Notes: a model not told the origin generated them from the letters alone. DNA of 64,000 nt from Eledone cirrhosa (GCA_964016885.1 OZ024760.1:8556001-8620000); one strand, 5' to 3'. Shown: positions 26,072 through 39,339, numbered from the stretch's first letter. Numbers and translations are program-made.

Positions 26072-26126
26072 ACTGCCTGAAGAGGTCACAGCCAAAGATG
26101 GCTGTCACTGAAATATATATAGCAGT
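26072..26126 (+). ncRNA. Hammerhead ribozyme motif
   Basis: actgc-CTGAAGA-ggtcacagcca aaga tggctgtcact-GAAA-tatata-TA-gcagt. Confidence 0.75.
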
Positions 26127-26170
26127 AATAAACGAAGCTAAATTTTAATCATTTGACTTTTATTTAACTT

Positions 26171-26282
<112 letters not shown>

Positions 26283-26283
26283 G

Positions 26284-26314
<31 letters not shown>

Positions 26315-26333
26315 GTATATATATATATGTATG

Positions 26334-26435
<102 letters not shown>

Positions 26436-26576
26436 AATATATATATATATATGTATATATATAATATATATATAAATATATATATATATGTATATATATT
26501 TATATATACATACATATATATATGTATATATATATAAATATATATATATATATGTATATATATAATATATATATAA

Positions 26577-26611
<35 letters not shown>

Positions 26612-26672
26612 TACATATATATATGTATATATATATATGTATATATATATATACATATATATATATACATAT

Positions 26673-27019
26673 GGAGGCACATGGCTTAGTGGTTAGAGCA
26701 TTGGCCTGGCAATCGAAAGGTTGTGAGTTCAATTCTCAGACCGGGTGATGTGTTGTTTCCTTGAGCAAGACACTTTATTTCACATTGCTCCAGTTTACTC
26801 AGCTGTAGAAATGAGATGATAGGGACTGGGGGTCCCTATCATTCCACTGCAAAGTGGTCGTGGAGGTGCCACGGCAAAAAAGCACCCAGCCCTCACTGTA
26901 AATGAGGTTGGTGTTAGGAAGGGCATCCAGCTGTAGAAATCAAGCCAGAATCAGTTCCCGTCCCACCCTTGCAAGCAGGGAAAAAGCGGACGTAAAAGGA
27001 AATGATGATGAATGATGAT
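26673..27019 (+). mobile_element. SINE family B, full length
   Basis: A-box TGGCTTAGTGG, B-box GAGTTCAATTC, CORE-like tccttgagcaagacactt, RTE-derived 3' end, (ATG)n tail. Confidence 0.85.
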
Positions 27020-27130
27020 ATATATATATATATACATATATATATGTATGTATATATATATATGTATATATACATATATACATATATATATGTATATATA
27101 TATATATATATATACATATATATATGTATG

Positions 27131-27173
<43 letters not shown>

Positions 27174-27244
27174 GTATATATATATACATATATATATGTA
27201 TGTATATATATATATGTATATATATATATATACATATATATGTA

Positions 27245-27275
<31 letters not shown>

Positions 27276-27310
27276 GTATATATATATATATACATATATA
27301 TATGTATATA

Positions 27311-27400
<90 letters not shown>

Positions 27401-27404
<4 letters not shown>

Positions 27405-27686
27405 TTTTGCGAGGTTTTTTATATGAAATCGTGTGTCGAAACAGATATTGTTATATTTGGGGAGGGTCATATTTGCGTAATATTGCCAGAATTAATAACA
27501 GAACACACTCACTGTTTGGTTGGTTTTCGCTTCTCGCTGTCTTTTATATATATATATCTGCGATCTAACTTATATATATATATATAAAAGACAGCGAGAA
27601 GCGAAAACCAACCAAACAGTGAGTGTGTTCTGTTATTAATTCTGGCAATATTACGCAAATATGACCCTCCCCAAATATAACAATAT
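27401..27686. mobile_element. Mini fold-back PLE terminus, sister subfamily of 18200-21385
   Basis: Arms ~27445-27557 / ~27574-27686; encodes [22 protein letters not shown] on the minus strand. Confidence 0.8.
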
Positions 27687-27753
27687 ATATATATATATAT
27701 ATATAAATATATATATAATGTATATATATATGTATATATATATAATATGTATA

Positions 27754-28607
27754 TAAAATAAAGTTAAATAAAAGTCAAATGATTAAAATTTAGCTTCGTT
27801 TATTACTGCTATATATATTTCAGTGACAGCCATCTTTGGCTGTGACCTCTTCAGGCAGTTTGAATTAGTATGGTATAGACAAGTACATATGTTGTTTAGG
27901 TGTATGATATTGTCAATACTCTGATATGCCCAGTTCCTTGCTGGGTTGTTAATTCACTGGGGAACTGGAGTCATATGAATTCAAACAAACGAATTTTCGT
28001 GTCACAGGTCCCCTTCTCCTCTCATTGGTCAGTTATTAGTGTTGTCATTGTTGGAGTTAGCTTAAAAATTGATAAAATGGTAGAAGGGACAAGGTGTTGA
28101 AGGAACAAAATATCAAAAAATGTGTCAAACTTCCCATTGTTCAGTTCTGAGAGCATTCCTCAGTCAGAAGTCTATAGAATTCTTTCTGGGGTGAGGCTCC
28201 CTGTAGTGTTTATGCCTGCTATTGTTCAGTACATTTGACCTCCACCATTATTTTGGTACTGTTGTTGTTGTAGTGGTCAGCTTATACCTTGCTGCTGCAG
28301 TTCCCCAGTGAATTAACAACCCAGCAAGGAACTGGGCATATCAGAGTATTGACAATATCATACACCTAAACAACATATGTACTTGTCTATACCATACTAA
28401 TTCAAACTGCCTGAAGAGGTCACAGCCAAAGATGGCTGTCACTGAAATATATATAGCAGTAATAAACGAAGCTAAATTTTAATCATTTGACTTTTATTTA
28501 ACTTTATTTTACACTACTCCGGAGTAACCAAACCAACCTGCGCACTTCGTCGAGTGCTCCAGGCTGAATACTGAGTTGTTGGTATACAACCAACATAAAC
28601 TCAAAAT
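27754..28607. mobile_element. Non-coding fold-back copy of the 22333-26176 family with hammerheads at 27805-27859 (-) and 28406-28460 (+)
   Basis: Arms 27754-27967 / 28298-28511; long tail to 28607; TA-flanked. Confidence 0.85.
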
Positions 28608-28616
28608 CTATATATG

Positions 28617-28651
<35 letters not shown>

Positions 28652-28656
28652 GTATA

Positions 28657-28765
<109 letters not shown>

Positions 28766-28850
28766 GTATATATATATGTATATATATATATGTATATATA
28801 TATGTATATATATATATATACATATATATATATGTATATATATATATATG

Positions 28851-28886
<36 letters not shown>

Positions 28887-29174
28887 CATATATATATACG
28901 CACATACACACATGTATATATATATAAAAACCTATTTATATACACATACACATACACACATATAAACCTATTTATATACACATACACATACACACATACA
29001 CACCTATTTATATACACATACATTTATGTCTGTTGGACATTAATTAGTGTTCCAGTATGTCAGGACTGCGTTAATTGATCTATAATTGGGATTAATTAAT
29101 ATATTTATTCACCATAACACCTCCTACCACTGCCACCACTACCACCATCATCTGGTGAGCCCTTGGTGCAGAAG

Positions 29175-31863
29175 TATACCCTGGTTTAATCTGGAGGATA
29201 CCCTGGTTTAATCTGGAGGATACCCTGGTTTAATATGGAGGATACCCTGGTTTCATCTGGAGGATACCCTGGTTTAATATGGAGGATACCCTGGTTTAAT
29301 CTGGAGGATACCCTGGTTTAATCTTGAGTATACCCTGGTTTAATCTGGAGTATACTCTGGTTTAATCTGGAGTATACCCTGGTTTAATCTGGAGGATACC
29401 CTGGTTTAATCTGGAGGATACCCTGGTTTAATCTGGAGTATACCCTGGTTTAATCTGGAGGATACCCTGGTTTAATCTGGAGGATACCCTGGTTTAATCT
29501 GGAGTATACCCTGGTTTAATCTGGAGGATACGCTGGTTTAATCTGGAGGATACCCTGGTTTAATCTGGAGTATACCCTGGTTTAATCTGGAGTATACCCT
29601 GGTTTAATCTGGAGGATACCCTGGTTTAATCTGGAGGATACCCTGGTTTAATCTGGAGTATACCCTGGTTTAATCTGGAGGATACCCTGGTTTAATCTTG
29701 AGTATACCCTGGTTTAATCTGGAGTATACTCTGGTTTAATCTGGAGGATACTCTGGTTTAATCTGGTGTATACCATGGTTTAATCTGGAGGATACCCTGG
29801 TTTAATCTGGAGGATACCCTGGTTTAATCTGGAGGATACCCTGGTTTAATCTTGAGTATACCCTGGTTTAATCTGGAGTATACTCTGGTTTAATCTGGAG
29901 GATACCCTGGTTTAATCTGGAGGATACCCTGGTTTAATCTTGAGTATACCATGGTTTAATCTGGAGGATACCCTGGTTTAATCTGGAGTATACCATGGTT
30001 TAATCTGGAGGATACCTTGGTTTAATCTGGAGGATACCCTGGTTTAATCTGGAGTATACCCTGGTTTAATCTGGAGTATACCCTGGTTTAATCTGGAGGA
30101 TACCCTGGTTTAATCTGGAGTATACCCTGGTTTAATCTGGAGTATACCATGGTTTAATCTGGAGTATACCATGGTTTAATCTGGAGGATACCCTGGTTTA
30201 ATCTGGAGTATACCATGGTTTAATCTGGAGGATACCCTGGTTTAATCTGGAGTATACCATGGTTTAATCTGGAGGATACCCTGGTTTAATCTGGAGGATA
30301 CCCTGGTTTAATCTGGAGGATACCCTGGTTTAATCTGGAGTATACCATGGTTTAATCTGGAGGATACCCTGGTTTAATCTGGAGTATACCCTGGTTTAAT
30401 CTGGAGTATACCCTGGTTTAACCTGGAGGATACCCTGGTTTAATCTGGAGGATACCCTGGTTTAATCTGGAGTATACCCTGGTTTAATCTGGAGGATACC
30501 CTGGTTTAATCTGGAGTATACCCTGGTTTAATCTGGAGTATACCCTGGTTTAATCTGGAATATACCCTGGTTTAATCTGGAGTATACCCTGGTTTAATCT
30601 GGAGTATACCCTGGTTTAATCTGGAGTATACCCTGGTTTAATCTGGAGTATACCCTGGTTTAATCTGGAATATACCCTGGTTTAATCTGGAGGATACCCT
30701 GGTTTAATCTGGAGTATACCCTGGTTTAATCTGGAGGATACCCTGGTTTAATCTGGAGGATACCCTGGTTTAATCTGGAGTATACCCTGGTTTAATCTGG
30801 AGTATACCCTGGTTTAATCTGGAATATACCCTGGTTTAATCTGGAGTATACCCTGGTTTAATCTGGAGTATACCCTGGTTTAATCTGGAGTATACCCTGG
30901 TTTAATCTTGAGGATACCCTGGTTTAATCTGGAGTATACCCCGGTTTAATCTGGAGTATACCCTGGTTTAATCTGGAGTATACCCTGGTTTAATCTGGAG
31001 TATACCCTGGTTTAATCTGGAGTATACCCTGGTTTAATCTGGAGTATACCCTGGTTTAATCTGGAGGATACCCCGGTTTAATCTGGAGTATACCCTGGTT
31101 TAATCTGGAGTATACCATGGTTTAATCTGGAGGATACCCTGGTTTAATCTGGAGTATACCCTGGTTTAATCTGGAGTATACTCTGGTTTAATCTGGAGGA
31201 TACCCTGGTTCAATCTGGAGGATACCCTGGTTTAATCTGGAGTATACCATGGTTTAATCTTGAGTATACCATGGTTTAATCTGGAGGATACCCTGGTTTA
31301 ATCTGGAGTATACCATGGTTTAATCTGGAGGATACCCTGGTTTAATCTGGAGGATACCCTGGTTTAATCTGGAGTATACCCTGGTTTAATCTGGAGTATA
31401 CCCTGGTTTAATCTGGAGGATACCCTGGTTTAATCTGGAGTATACCCTGGTTTAATCTGGAGTATACCATGGTTTAATCTGGAGTATACCATGGTTTAAT
31501 CTGGAGGATACCCTGGTGTAATCTGGAGAATACCCTGGTTTAATCTGGAGTCTACCATGGTTTAATCTGGAGGATACCCTGGTTTAATCTGGAGTATACC
31601 CTGGTTTAATCTGGAGTATACTCTGGTGTAATCTGGAGTCTACCATGGTTTAATCTGGAGGATGCCCTGGTGTAATCTGGAGGATACCCTGGTTTAATCT
31701 GGAGTATACCCTGGTTTAATCTGGAGTATACTCTGGTGTAATCTGGAGGACACCCTGTTTCAGGAGGACACCCTGTTTCAGGAGGACACCCTGTTTCAGG
31801 AGGACACCCTGTTTCAGGAGGACACCCTGTTTCAGGAGGACACCCTGTTTCAGGAGGACACCC
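29175..31863. repeat. 22-bp satellite (~117 copies) ending in an 18-bp derivative (~6 copies)
   Basis: accctggtttaatctggag(g/t)at; then ggaggacaccctgtttca. Confidence 0.95.
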
Positions 31864-32330
31864 TAGCAGAAACAACAAAATACTTTTCTCTCAGAGTAAA
31901 GGGTTGACTGTATGATGGTTGTGTATGAGCTGCAATGCTACATGGCAATGAAAGATGGGCCTTGATTGCTGAAGGCCTATTGAGGTTAGAAAGAAATGAG
32001 TTGAGTATGCTCCAATGGATATGTAATATTGGGGTGCATGAGTGAAATGGCATAAGCAAACTGAGGGAAAATCTTGGCATAACAAAAATTGGATGTAGTA
32101 CGGAAGAGAGAAGACTCCGTTGGTGTAACAGCTGCATATAGAAATGCAGAGAACACCCAGTTGCTTGGACCCATGGACGCGGCAGACTCAGAAAGACATG
32201 GGATGAGGTTGTGAAGACTGGCCTTAAAAAAAGAAACTAAACCTTGCAACAGAAATGACTAAAGACTACGAGAGCTGGTGCTATGCAGTGCTGAAGAAGA
32301 CGCGGCCTGTAACATCCAATGTGGCCTGAT
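31864..32330 (+). mobile_element. Degenerate RTE LINE 3' region
   Basis: FSLRVKG.LYDGCV..AMLHGNERW..RLERNELSML.WIC. Confidence 0.7.
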
Positions 32331-32838
32331 CTACCCACTCAATTCCACCAGCGCTCACTAACAGCTATCCTCAAGACCACCTCACCACCCTCCATACTAC
32401 CTCACCACCCTCACCCACACACCCACACACCCACACACATACACAAAGCTGTTGAATCAGAAATCAACCGAGAAGTCTTTCTTTCTCTGATTTGTTAAGC
32501 AGAGATTAAAATGACAGTTGAAAAAATATGATGTATTTCTTGATTTCTGTGTCACTAAATCTTACATCTTATATATATATATTACATCTTACATCTTAAA
32601 TCTTACATCTTATATATATATATTCATATATATATATATACATACACATATATACATATATATATATATATATATATTTAAAAGTTAAACAAGGTTCAAT
32701 GAATACAGCAAAGAATGAGTTTTACAATAGATTGGAAGCACTCAACAGTAGGTTTTCCAGAGTTATTAATATTAGTAATATTACTACCATGACTGAATCT
32801 TAACCATCTAATATGTCAGGGTATGTCATGCATCATCT

Positions 32839-32905
32839 TATTTTATCTGATGACGACGTACTGTTGAACTTAACTCAGTACCTCTGAAATATGTATAATA
32901 AAATA
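32839..32905 (+). ncRNA. Hammerhead motif in PLE terminus (~32676-32950)
   Basis: tattttat-CTGATGA-..gtactg..cagtac..-GAAA-tatgta-TA-ataaaata. Confidence 0.7.
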
Positions 32906-33097
32906 TAATTGATCACAAGAATATCTATTTTGTTAATATTTTGAATTAATATATATATATGTGGTATTTTCTTCGTGGTTATAAGAGGCTTAGCTCTGTT
33001 TCTCGACCGTTATATCGCGTGACTATCTCCCCCTCCGCCTTTTGGGATTCTTTCTCACGTCGTGTAGACGCGTTCTTGAGACTAGTAAAATGAGGTA

Positions 33098-33185
33098 TCC
33101 TCTTGATAAGTCGGCAGACCTCGCAAGGACTCTATATCTTTGATATATTGTTTTTGTTTATGCCACGAAACTACGTAGTCGAGGA
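33098..33185 (+). ncRNA. Hammerhead motif, U3-A8 core variant, in PLE terminus (~32960-33255)
   Basis: tcctc-TTGATAA-g..ggca..tgcc..c-GAAA-ctacgtag-TC-gagga. Confidence 0.7.
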
Positions 33186-33254
33186 ATTTAGGAACAGTTT
33201 AGGTATGATACATTTTATTACTAATTATATCTAAATGTTTCTTCTCTCTTCATA

Positions 33255-33304
<50 letters not shown>

Positions 33305-33422
33305 CAATTGATCAAAGTTGGTTGATCATATACTTTGCCTACTTTTTAATAAAAGAATTCTACAATTTGTATTCCTTAGAATTATGTAATAAAATGAAGA
33401 TGCACGAATAAAACCGTCTCTC

Positions 33423-33493
<71 letters not shown>

Positions 33494-33527
33494 TATAAAG
33501 TAAAATAATAGGAGGCTGGGCAGGTTG

Positions 33528-33718
33528 AACGCCCCCTGGTGATGTCCAGCAGAAGCAAAGGGGGAGGGGGGGACAATCGTTTATGCATTTCAGGCTTAAC
33601 TGGCCTTCGCCAGGACGGTCCCTCCTACCGCTTGCGACTGTTGGATTAGAAGACAGCCGGCAATATATGCATAGACGGTTGTCCCCCTTGCTTCTGCTGG
33701 ACATCACCAGAGGGCGTT
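33528..33718. repeat. GC-rich inverted repeat between (TA)n tracts
   Basis: Arms 33528-33588 / 33667-33718. Confidence 0.8.
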
Positions 33719-33795
33719 AGCCCCCCTCCCCCCGGTGTTTGCATAGCTACAGCTTCCTAAAACCGTATTTCCTTGGAGATACGAAATATTTATAC

Positions 33796-33835
<40 letters not shown>

Positions 33836-33840
33836 GTATA

Positions 33841-33886
<46 letters not shown>

Positions 33887-33919
<33 letters not shown>

Positions 33920-35630
33920 AATTATTGTGTACAGTGCTCAGGTGCACTACAACTCATCAAAGGTGCATGTATAGTACATAGAATAATGTACAAATGTCAG
34001 GAAAATAAACAGTGTATGAGTCATGATATAATAACAATAACGAAATATTGTGCACAGTGCCCAGGTGCACCACAACTCATCAAAAAAGTGCATGTACAGT
34101 ACATAGGGCAATGCACAAACATCAGTAAAATGAACAGTGCACGAGTCATGATACACACATGTGTGCATGTGTATGGAAGGGGTACATCAGGTGTAGTTTT
34201 GGCGTATTTTGGGAAGCATGAGTGTCTTAAAGGATGCAGTGTCTCGGCAGCTAACAATTGACGCAGGCAGTTTGTTCCATGCTTCAGCAACTCTGAGCGT
34301 GAAAAAATGTCTGCGAAAGTCATGGGAGCTGTGCTGTTTTCTTATCTTGTAGGCATGTCCACGTGTGTTAGACACATGGAGATCAAAGAGGCGCTCAGGG
34401 TTGCAGTTGGCGAGATGGTTAAAAACTTTGTGGGTATTCACCAAGTCCATTGCCAGACGTCGGAGCTTCAATGAATCCATGCCCAGGGAAGCAAGGCGTT
34501 CAGAGTATGGTAGGTGTCTGATGGAGGGTATGCGCTTGGTTGCACGTCTTTGAACAGTTTCCAGGAGGTCAATGTTCCGAGCAAGATAGGGGTTCCAGAC
34601 TGATGATGCGAATTCCAAGTGTGGTCGCACCATAGCTGTATACAGTTTTAAATAGATGGCTGGAGAGCGGCTAACAAAGGTCTTGCTGAGTGATGCCAAG
34701 ACACCCTCGGCCTTCTTGACAATCTTAGAGACATGTTTTGTCCAACGCAAATCGTTGCTGACAGTAATGCCCAGGTCACGTTCACAAGAGGACTTTTTGA
34801 TATCAGTGTTGTGGAGGGAGTATGTGGACGCTGGATTTTTCCTTCCAAAATGCATGGTGGTACACTTGTCCACAGCCAGCTTCAGTTGCCAGTCTGTGAT
34901 CCATTGCTGCATTGTGTCCAGGTCTGATTGTAGGAAAGAGTTGTAAATTTCAGGATCAGTCCTTTTGATTTCAAGGTACAGCTTGATGTCATCTGCATAT
35001 TTTAGTACCGTGGCATTCTGTAAGTTGGCATCTATGTCATTAATATATGCCACAAACAAAAGAGGACCAAGAACAGATCCCTGTGGTACACCAGATGACA
35101 TCTCATATGGTGAAGAATGCTGTCCTAGAACCGTGACTACTTCCTTTCGGCTGAGAATGAAGGATTTCAGCCAGTCGAAAAGATCATCCCTCACACCCAT
35201 TGCAGAGAGTTTTGCCATAAGTCTTTTGTGTGGCACAGAATTAAAAGCCTTAGCAAAGTCAAGGTAAACAACATCCACCCATGAGCCGCTGTCAGTGATC
35301 CGGGTGATGTCCTCAAGAAACTCGATAAGCTGATCACAGCAGCTGGAGTTAGGGATAAATCCAAACTGTGAGGGCCGGATGAGGCTGTGAGAGCTCCAGA
35401 AGTTCCAAAGTGTTTCTCTGACACAGGATTCCATCAGTTTGGCCATACAGCTAGTAAGACTGACTGGACGATAGTTGACAGGTGACATGCGGTTGCCCTT
35501 TTTGAACAGGGGAATGACACTGGCAGTTTTCCACTGCTCCGGAGTAGCACCATTGCTGAGACAGTATTGAAAGAAAAAAAGAAAGCTGGCGCAAAAGGAA
35601 ATCCCCGCCCAGTTATAGGAGGTAGAGAAC
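33887..35630 (-). mobile_element. CR1-type LINE, 5'-truncated, with 3' UTR and (TTA)n tail
   Basis: RT motifs and FFTLRVAEAWNKLP C-terminus. Confidence 0.9.
34187..35488 (-). CDS. CR1 reverse transcriptase (open frame, N-terminally truncated)
   Basis: NYRPVSLTS, YLDFAKAF, GVPQGSVLGPLLF, YADDIK, ERDLGI, VRPHLEFASSVWNP. Confidence 0.92.
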   Translation of the reverse strand: MSPVNYRPVSLTSCMAKLMESCVRETLWNFWSSHSLIRPSQFGFIPNSSCCDQLIEFLEDITRITDSGSWVDVVYLDFAKAFNSVPHKRLMAKLSAMGVRDDLFDWLKSFILSRKEVVTVLGQHSSPYEMSSGVPQGSVLGPLLFVAYINDIDANLQNATVLKYADDIKLYLEIKRTDPEIYNSFLQSDLDTMQQWITDWQLKLAVDKCTTMHFGRKNPASTYSLHNTDIKKSSCERDLGITVSNDLRWTKHVSKIVKKAEGVLASLSKTFVSRSPAIYLKLYTAMVRPHLEFASSVWNPYLARNIDLLETVQRRATKRIPSIRHLPYSERLASLGMDSLKLRRLAMDLVNTHKVFNHLANCNPERLFDLHVSNTRGHAYKIRKQHSSHDFRRHFFTLRVAEAWNKLPASIVSCRDTASFKTLMLPKIRQNYT

Positions 35631-35699
35631 CACCATTGCGAAAAGATATTGTTTACGAAAAGAAGAAATTAAAATGTACAAACTATCCGATAACTATAA

Positions 35700-35777
35700 C
35701 ACCTGGACATGCTCTATAGCATGTTTCGTCACACAAAAAGTGTAGATTACACAACATGGAGGGCTTATCAACTGGTG
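35700..35777 (-). ncRNA. Hammerhead motif, U3-A8 variant (weaker)
   Basis: caccag-TTGATAA-g...c-GAAA-catgctatagagcatg-TC-caggtg; one stem-I mismatch, poor stem II. Confidence 0.5.
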
Positions 35778-35907
35778 GACCAACAATATGATCTACACTT
35801 CTAAAAACATATTAGATAACTAATATATGCAATAGTGAAAAGAGAAAACGCGCGCGTTTAATTTGACTTTAGTCTTCACATTTATTTTTGCCCTTCATCC
35901 TTACTAT

Positions 35908-36520
35908 GTGGATTGGCAGTATCGGTAGAGGGTCGGACGCCATGCTTTCGGCATAGTTACGTCCCTTTACGATCTGAGTTCAAATCCCGCCGAGGTTGAC
36001 TTTGCCTTTCATTCTTACGGGGTCGATAAAATAAAGTACCAGTAATGCACTGGTTAATTGCTGGCCTTGTGCCTAAAGTAGAAACAATTATTGCTATATA
36101 TAACTTTGCCTTTCATCCTTACGGGGTCGATAAAATAAAGTACCAGTAATGCACTGGGTAATTGTTGGCCTTGTGCCTAAAGTAGAAACAATTATTACTA
36201 TATATCATCATCATCATCATGATCACCGATTTACGTCCGTTCTTCCAAACCGCTAGCAAAGTTGAAAGAGCACTCAGTCCCAGGGACAAGCTGCAATATT
36301 CAAAATTTGGTTAAATTCATATTTTCATCTGTCCAATACGTGATTTCTTGTGGATATCCCCCCCCCCCCCACTCCAACTCGTCAGTTTGACATCCATTGA
36401 ATGTAATATTATATCCCGCCGAGGTTGACTTTGCCTTTCATCCTTACGGGTCGATAAAATAAAGTACCAGTAATGCACTAGGTAATTGCTGGCCTTGTGC
36501 CTAACGTAGAAACAATATTA
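35908..36520 (+). mobile_element. Cluster of SINE family A copies (35908-36091, 36103-36197, 36413-36520)
   Basis: A/B boxes and shared body. Confidence 0.8.
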
Positions 36521-36699
36521 TATTGACAGTTTTACAAGAATATTTTTACAGCAGGGGAGAGAACTAGTGGTGTTCGACTGCCAGTTATATAAGGGGAATA
36601 ACTCTTATTTAGGCTTGTGTAAATAAGGAAGAAATAATTTGCTGTTTGGAAATATATTATTTAAGCTGCAAAGATATTGCACGGTATTTACCTGGAAGG

Positions 36700-37210
36700 T
36701 GTAATGGGTACTAGATATATGTTACAGAGGTTAGAGCTTCATAGAAGGATTGTGCGCGAAAGCTGGGCCACACATTGAACCCTGGGTGACACAGAAAGAT
36801 CAAATTCTGGGTCTCCTCCTTTTCGGGTAAACAAGTCTATGCGTGGGCGATGATCCATGGAGGCGTGAGACAGGAGGCGACAGATATAAATAGCCTGTAT
36901 GAGACCAAGCAAAATAAGATAAGATCGGAGTAGTACACGAGAGAATAGTTATGTAAAACATTCACCCCTGACTACAGACCCCTTGGAGTCTACAGGGGTT
37001 TACAGACTTCTACAGACCTTTACATTCTCTCCTGGTCTACAGACTTCTCACCTTCTCTGGCCCCAGACTACACCATCATAACGAAGTAACAACCAAAACA
37101 TCTTCAACCGTTATAACTCATAGTAACCTAATCGTTATTCTTTTTAACTGAAGTGAAGTAATTTTCTATCAAAAGTAAACCATTTATTTTGTGTTATTTT
37201 ACCCCTAACA
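36700..37210 (+). mobile_element. Putative solo LTR
   Basis: TGTAATGGGTA...TACCCCTAACA terminal inverted ends, TATAAATA near 36885, AGTAAA near the end; no TSD found. Confidence 0.35.
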
Positions 37211-37539
37211 ACATTTACTAGCTTTGCTTCGCTTCAATTGCTCTTTGTTTCTTATTTAGTGTGTTAGAAAGATATTATAGAGATGAAAGTTTTCAATGAG
37301 GGGCTTGAGATAAGCTCAGAGCAACGTTGGGAACTGTGGAAGTCCTAGTGTTACTAGGGTTTCTTCCAATTACTTAGGATGTATTTCAGTACGTGAGGAC
37401 AGCGGTTAAAGCAATCGCAATTCGTATCAAAGCAAGTTTTCTTATTGTACAGCCGTCCTAAGTTGTTCCATCGATCTCTGTTACACAATTTACATGTCTG
37501 CTAAGCGGAGCTATTGAGACGGGGTCGAGTGTCGTGTCG

Positions 37540-39135
37540 TATAGTGAGGTGTGGTGTGGCGTTGGGGTGTGTAGTGGGGTGTGGTATGGTGTAGTGTGGT
37601 GAAGTGTGGTGTAGTGTGATGTAGTGTGGTGTAGTGTAGTGTAGTGTGGTGTGGTGTAGTGTAGTGTAGTGCGGTGTAGCGTAGTAAGAGGTGGCATGTT
37701 ATGGTGTAGTTTTGTGGTGTGGTGGAGTGTTGTGGTGTAGTGTGGTGTGGTGTGGTGTAGTGTAGTGTGTTGTGGTGCAGTGTAGTGTATTGTGGTGTGG
37801 TATAGTGTGGTGTCGTGTAGTGTAGTGTGGTGTAGTATGGTGTAGTGTAGTGTGGTGTAGTGTGGTGTGGTGTCGTGTAGTGTGGTGTAGTGTGGTGTAG
37901 TGTAGTGTGGTGTAGTGTGGTGTAGTGTAGTGTGGTGTTGTGTAGTGTGGTGTGGTGTGGTGTAGTGTGGTGTAGTGTGGTGTAGTGTGATGTAGTGTGG
38001 TGTAGTGTAGTGTGGTGTTGTGTAGTGTGGTGTAGTGTGGTGTGGTGTAGTGTGGTGTAGTGTAGTGTGGTGTAGTGTGGTGTAGTATGGTGTAGTGTGG
38101 TGTAGTGTAGTGTGGTTTAGTGTAGTGTGGTGTGGTGTAGTGTAGTGTGGTGTGGTGTAGTGTGGTGTAGTGTAGTGTGGTGTAGTGTGGTGTAGTGTAG
38201 TGTGGTGTGGTGTAGTATGGTGTAGTGTGGTGTAGTGTAGTGTGGTGTTGTGTAGTGTGGTGTAGTGTGGTGTGGTGTAGTGTGGTGTAGTGTGGTGTAG
38301 TGTGATGTAGTGTGGTGTAGTGTAGTGTGGTGTGGTGTGGTGTAGTGTAGTGTGGTGTAGTGTATGTGGTGTAGTGTGGTGTAGTGTAGTGTGGTGTGGT
38401 GTAGTGTGGTGTAGTGTAGTGTGGTGTGGTGTAGTGTGGTGTAGTGTGGTGTGGTGTAGTGTGGTGTAGTGTGGTGTCGTGTAGTGTAGTGTGGTGTAGT
38501 GTGGTGTATGTGGTGTAGTGTAGTGTGGTGTAGTGTGGTGTAGTGTAGTGTGGTGTGGTGTAGTGTGGTGTAGTGTAGTGTGGTGTAGTGTGGTGTAGTG
38601 TGGTGTGGTGTAGTGTGGTGTAATGTGGTGTAGTGTGATGTAGTGTGGTGTAGTGTAGTGTGGTGTGGTGTAGTGTAGTGTGGTGTAGTGTATGTGGTGT
38701 AGTGTGGTGTAGTGTAGTGTGGTGTGGTGTAGTGTGGTGTAGTGTAGTGTGGTGTGGTGTAGTGTGGTGTAGTGTGGTGTAGTGTGGTGTAGTGTGGTGT
38801 AGTGTAGTGTGGTGTAGTGTAGTGTGGTGTAGTGTGGTGTATGTGGTGTAGTGTAGTGTGGTGTAGTGTGGTGTAGTGTAGTGTGGTGTAGTGTAGTGTG
38901 GTGTGGTGTAGTGTGGTGTAGTGGGGTGTAGTGTGGTGTAGTGTGCTGTAGTGTAGTGTAGTGTGGTGTAGTGTGGTGTAGTGTGGTGTATGTAGTGTAG
39001 TGTAGTGTAGTGTAGTGTGGTGTAGTGTAGTGTGGTGTGGTGTAGTGTGGTGTATGTGGTGTAGTGTAGTGTAGTGTGGTGTTGTGTAGTGTGGTGTATG
39101 TGGTGTAGTGTAGTGTAGTGTGGTGTTGTGTAGTA
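37540..39135. repeat. (GTAGT/GTGGT)n pentanucleotide satellite
   Basis: Direct inspection. Confidence 0.95.
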
Positions 39136-39339
39136 AAAGGTGGATTGGTGATGTTCGCATGTGTGCTATGACTCATGTTATTACAAGAGCAATAACTCCG
39201 TAGACATAAATCAATGGACGTAACTTTCAAGGCAGATAACTCCAGATGTTTACTTAAATTCTATTGACGTGGTGACGTGCTAAAAATAGCAGCCAAATTA
39301 ATTGAATTTCTGGATTAGTGACTTGAAACATGGAAAATC

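Noticed and set aside
26673-26745. tRNA gene
   Set aside because: A/B boxes are present but continue into a SINE body found in multiple copies; no convincing cloverleaf
29175-31863. CRISPR-like appearance of tandem arrays (also 41321-46405 and 57525-59285)
   Set aside because: Head-to-tail units without unique spacers, no cas genes, eukaryotic context
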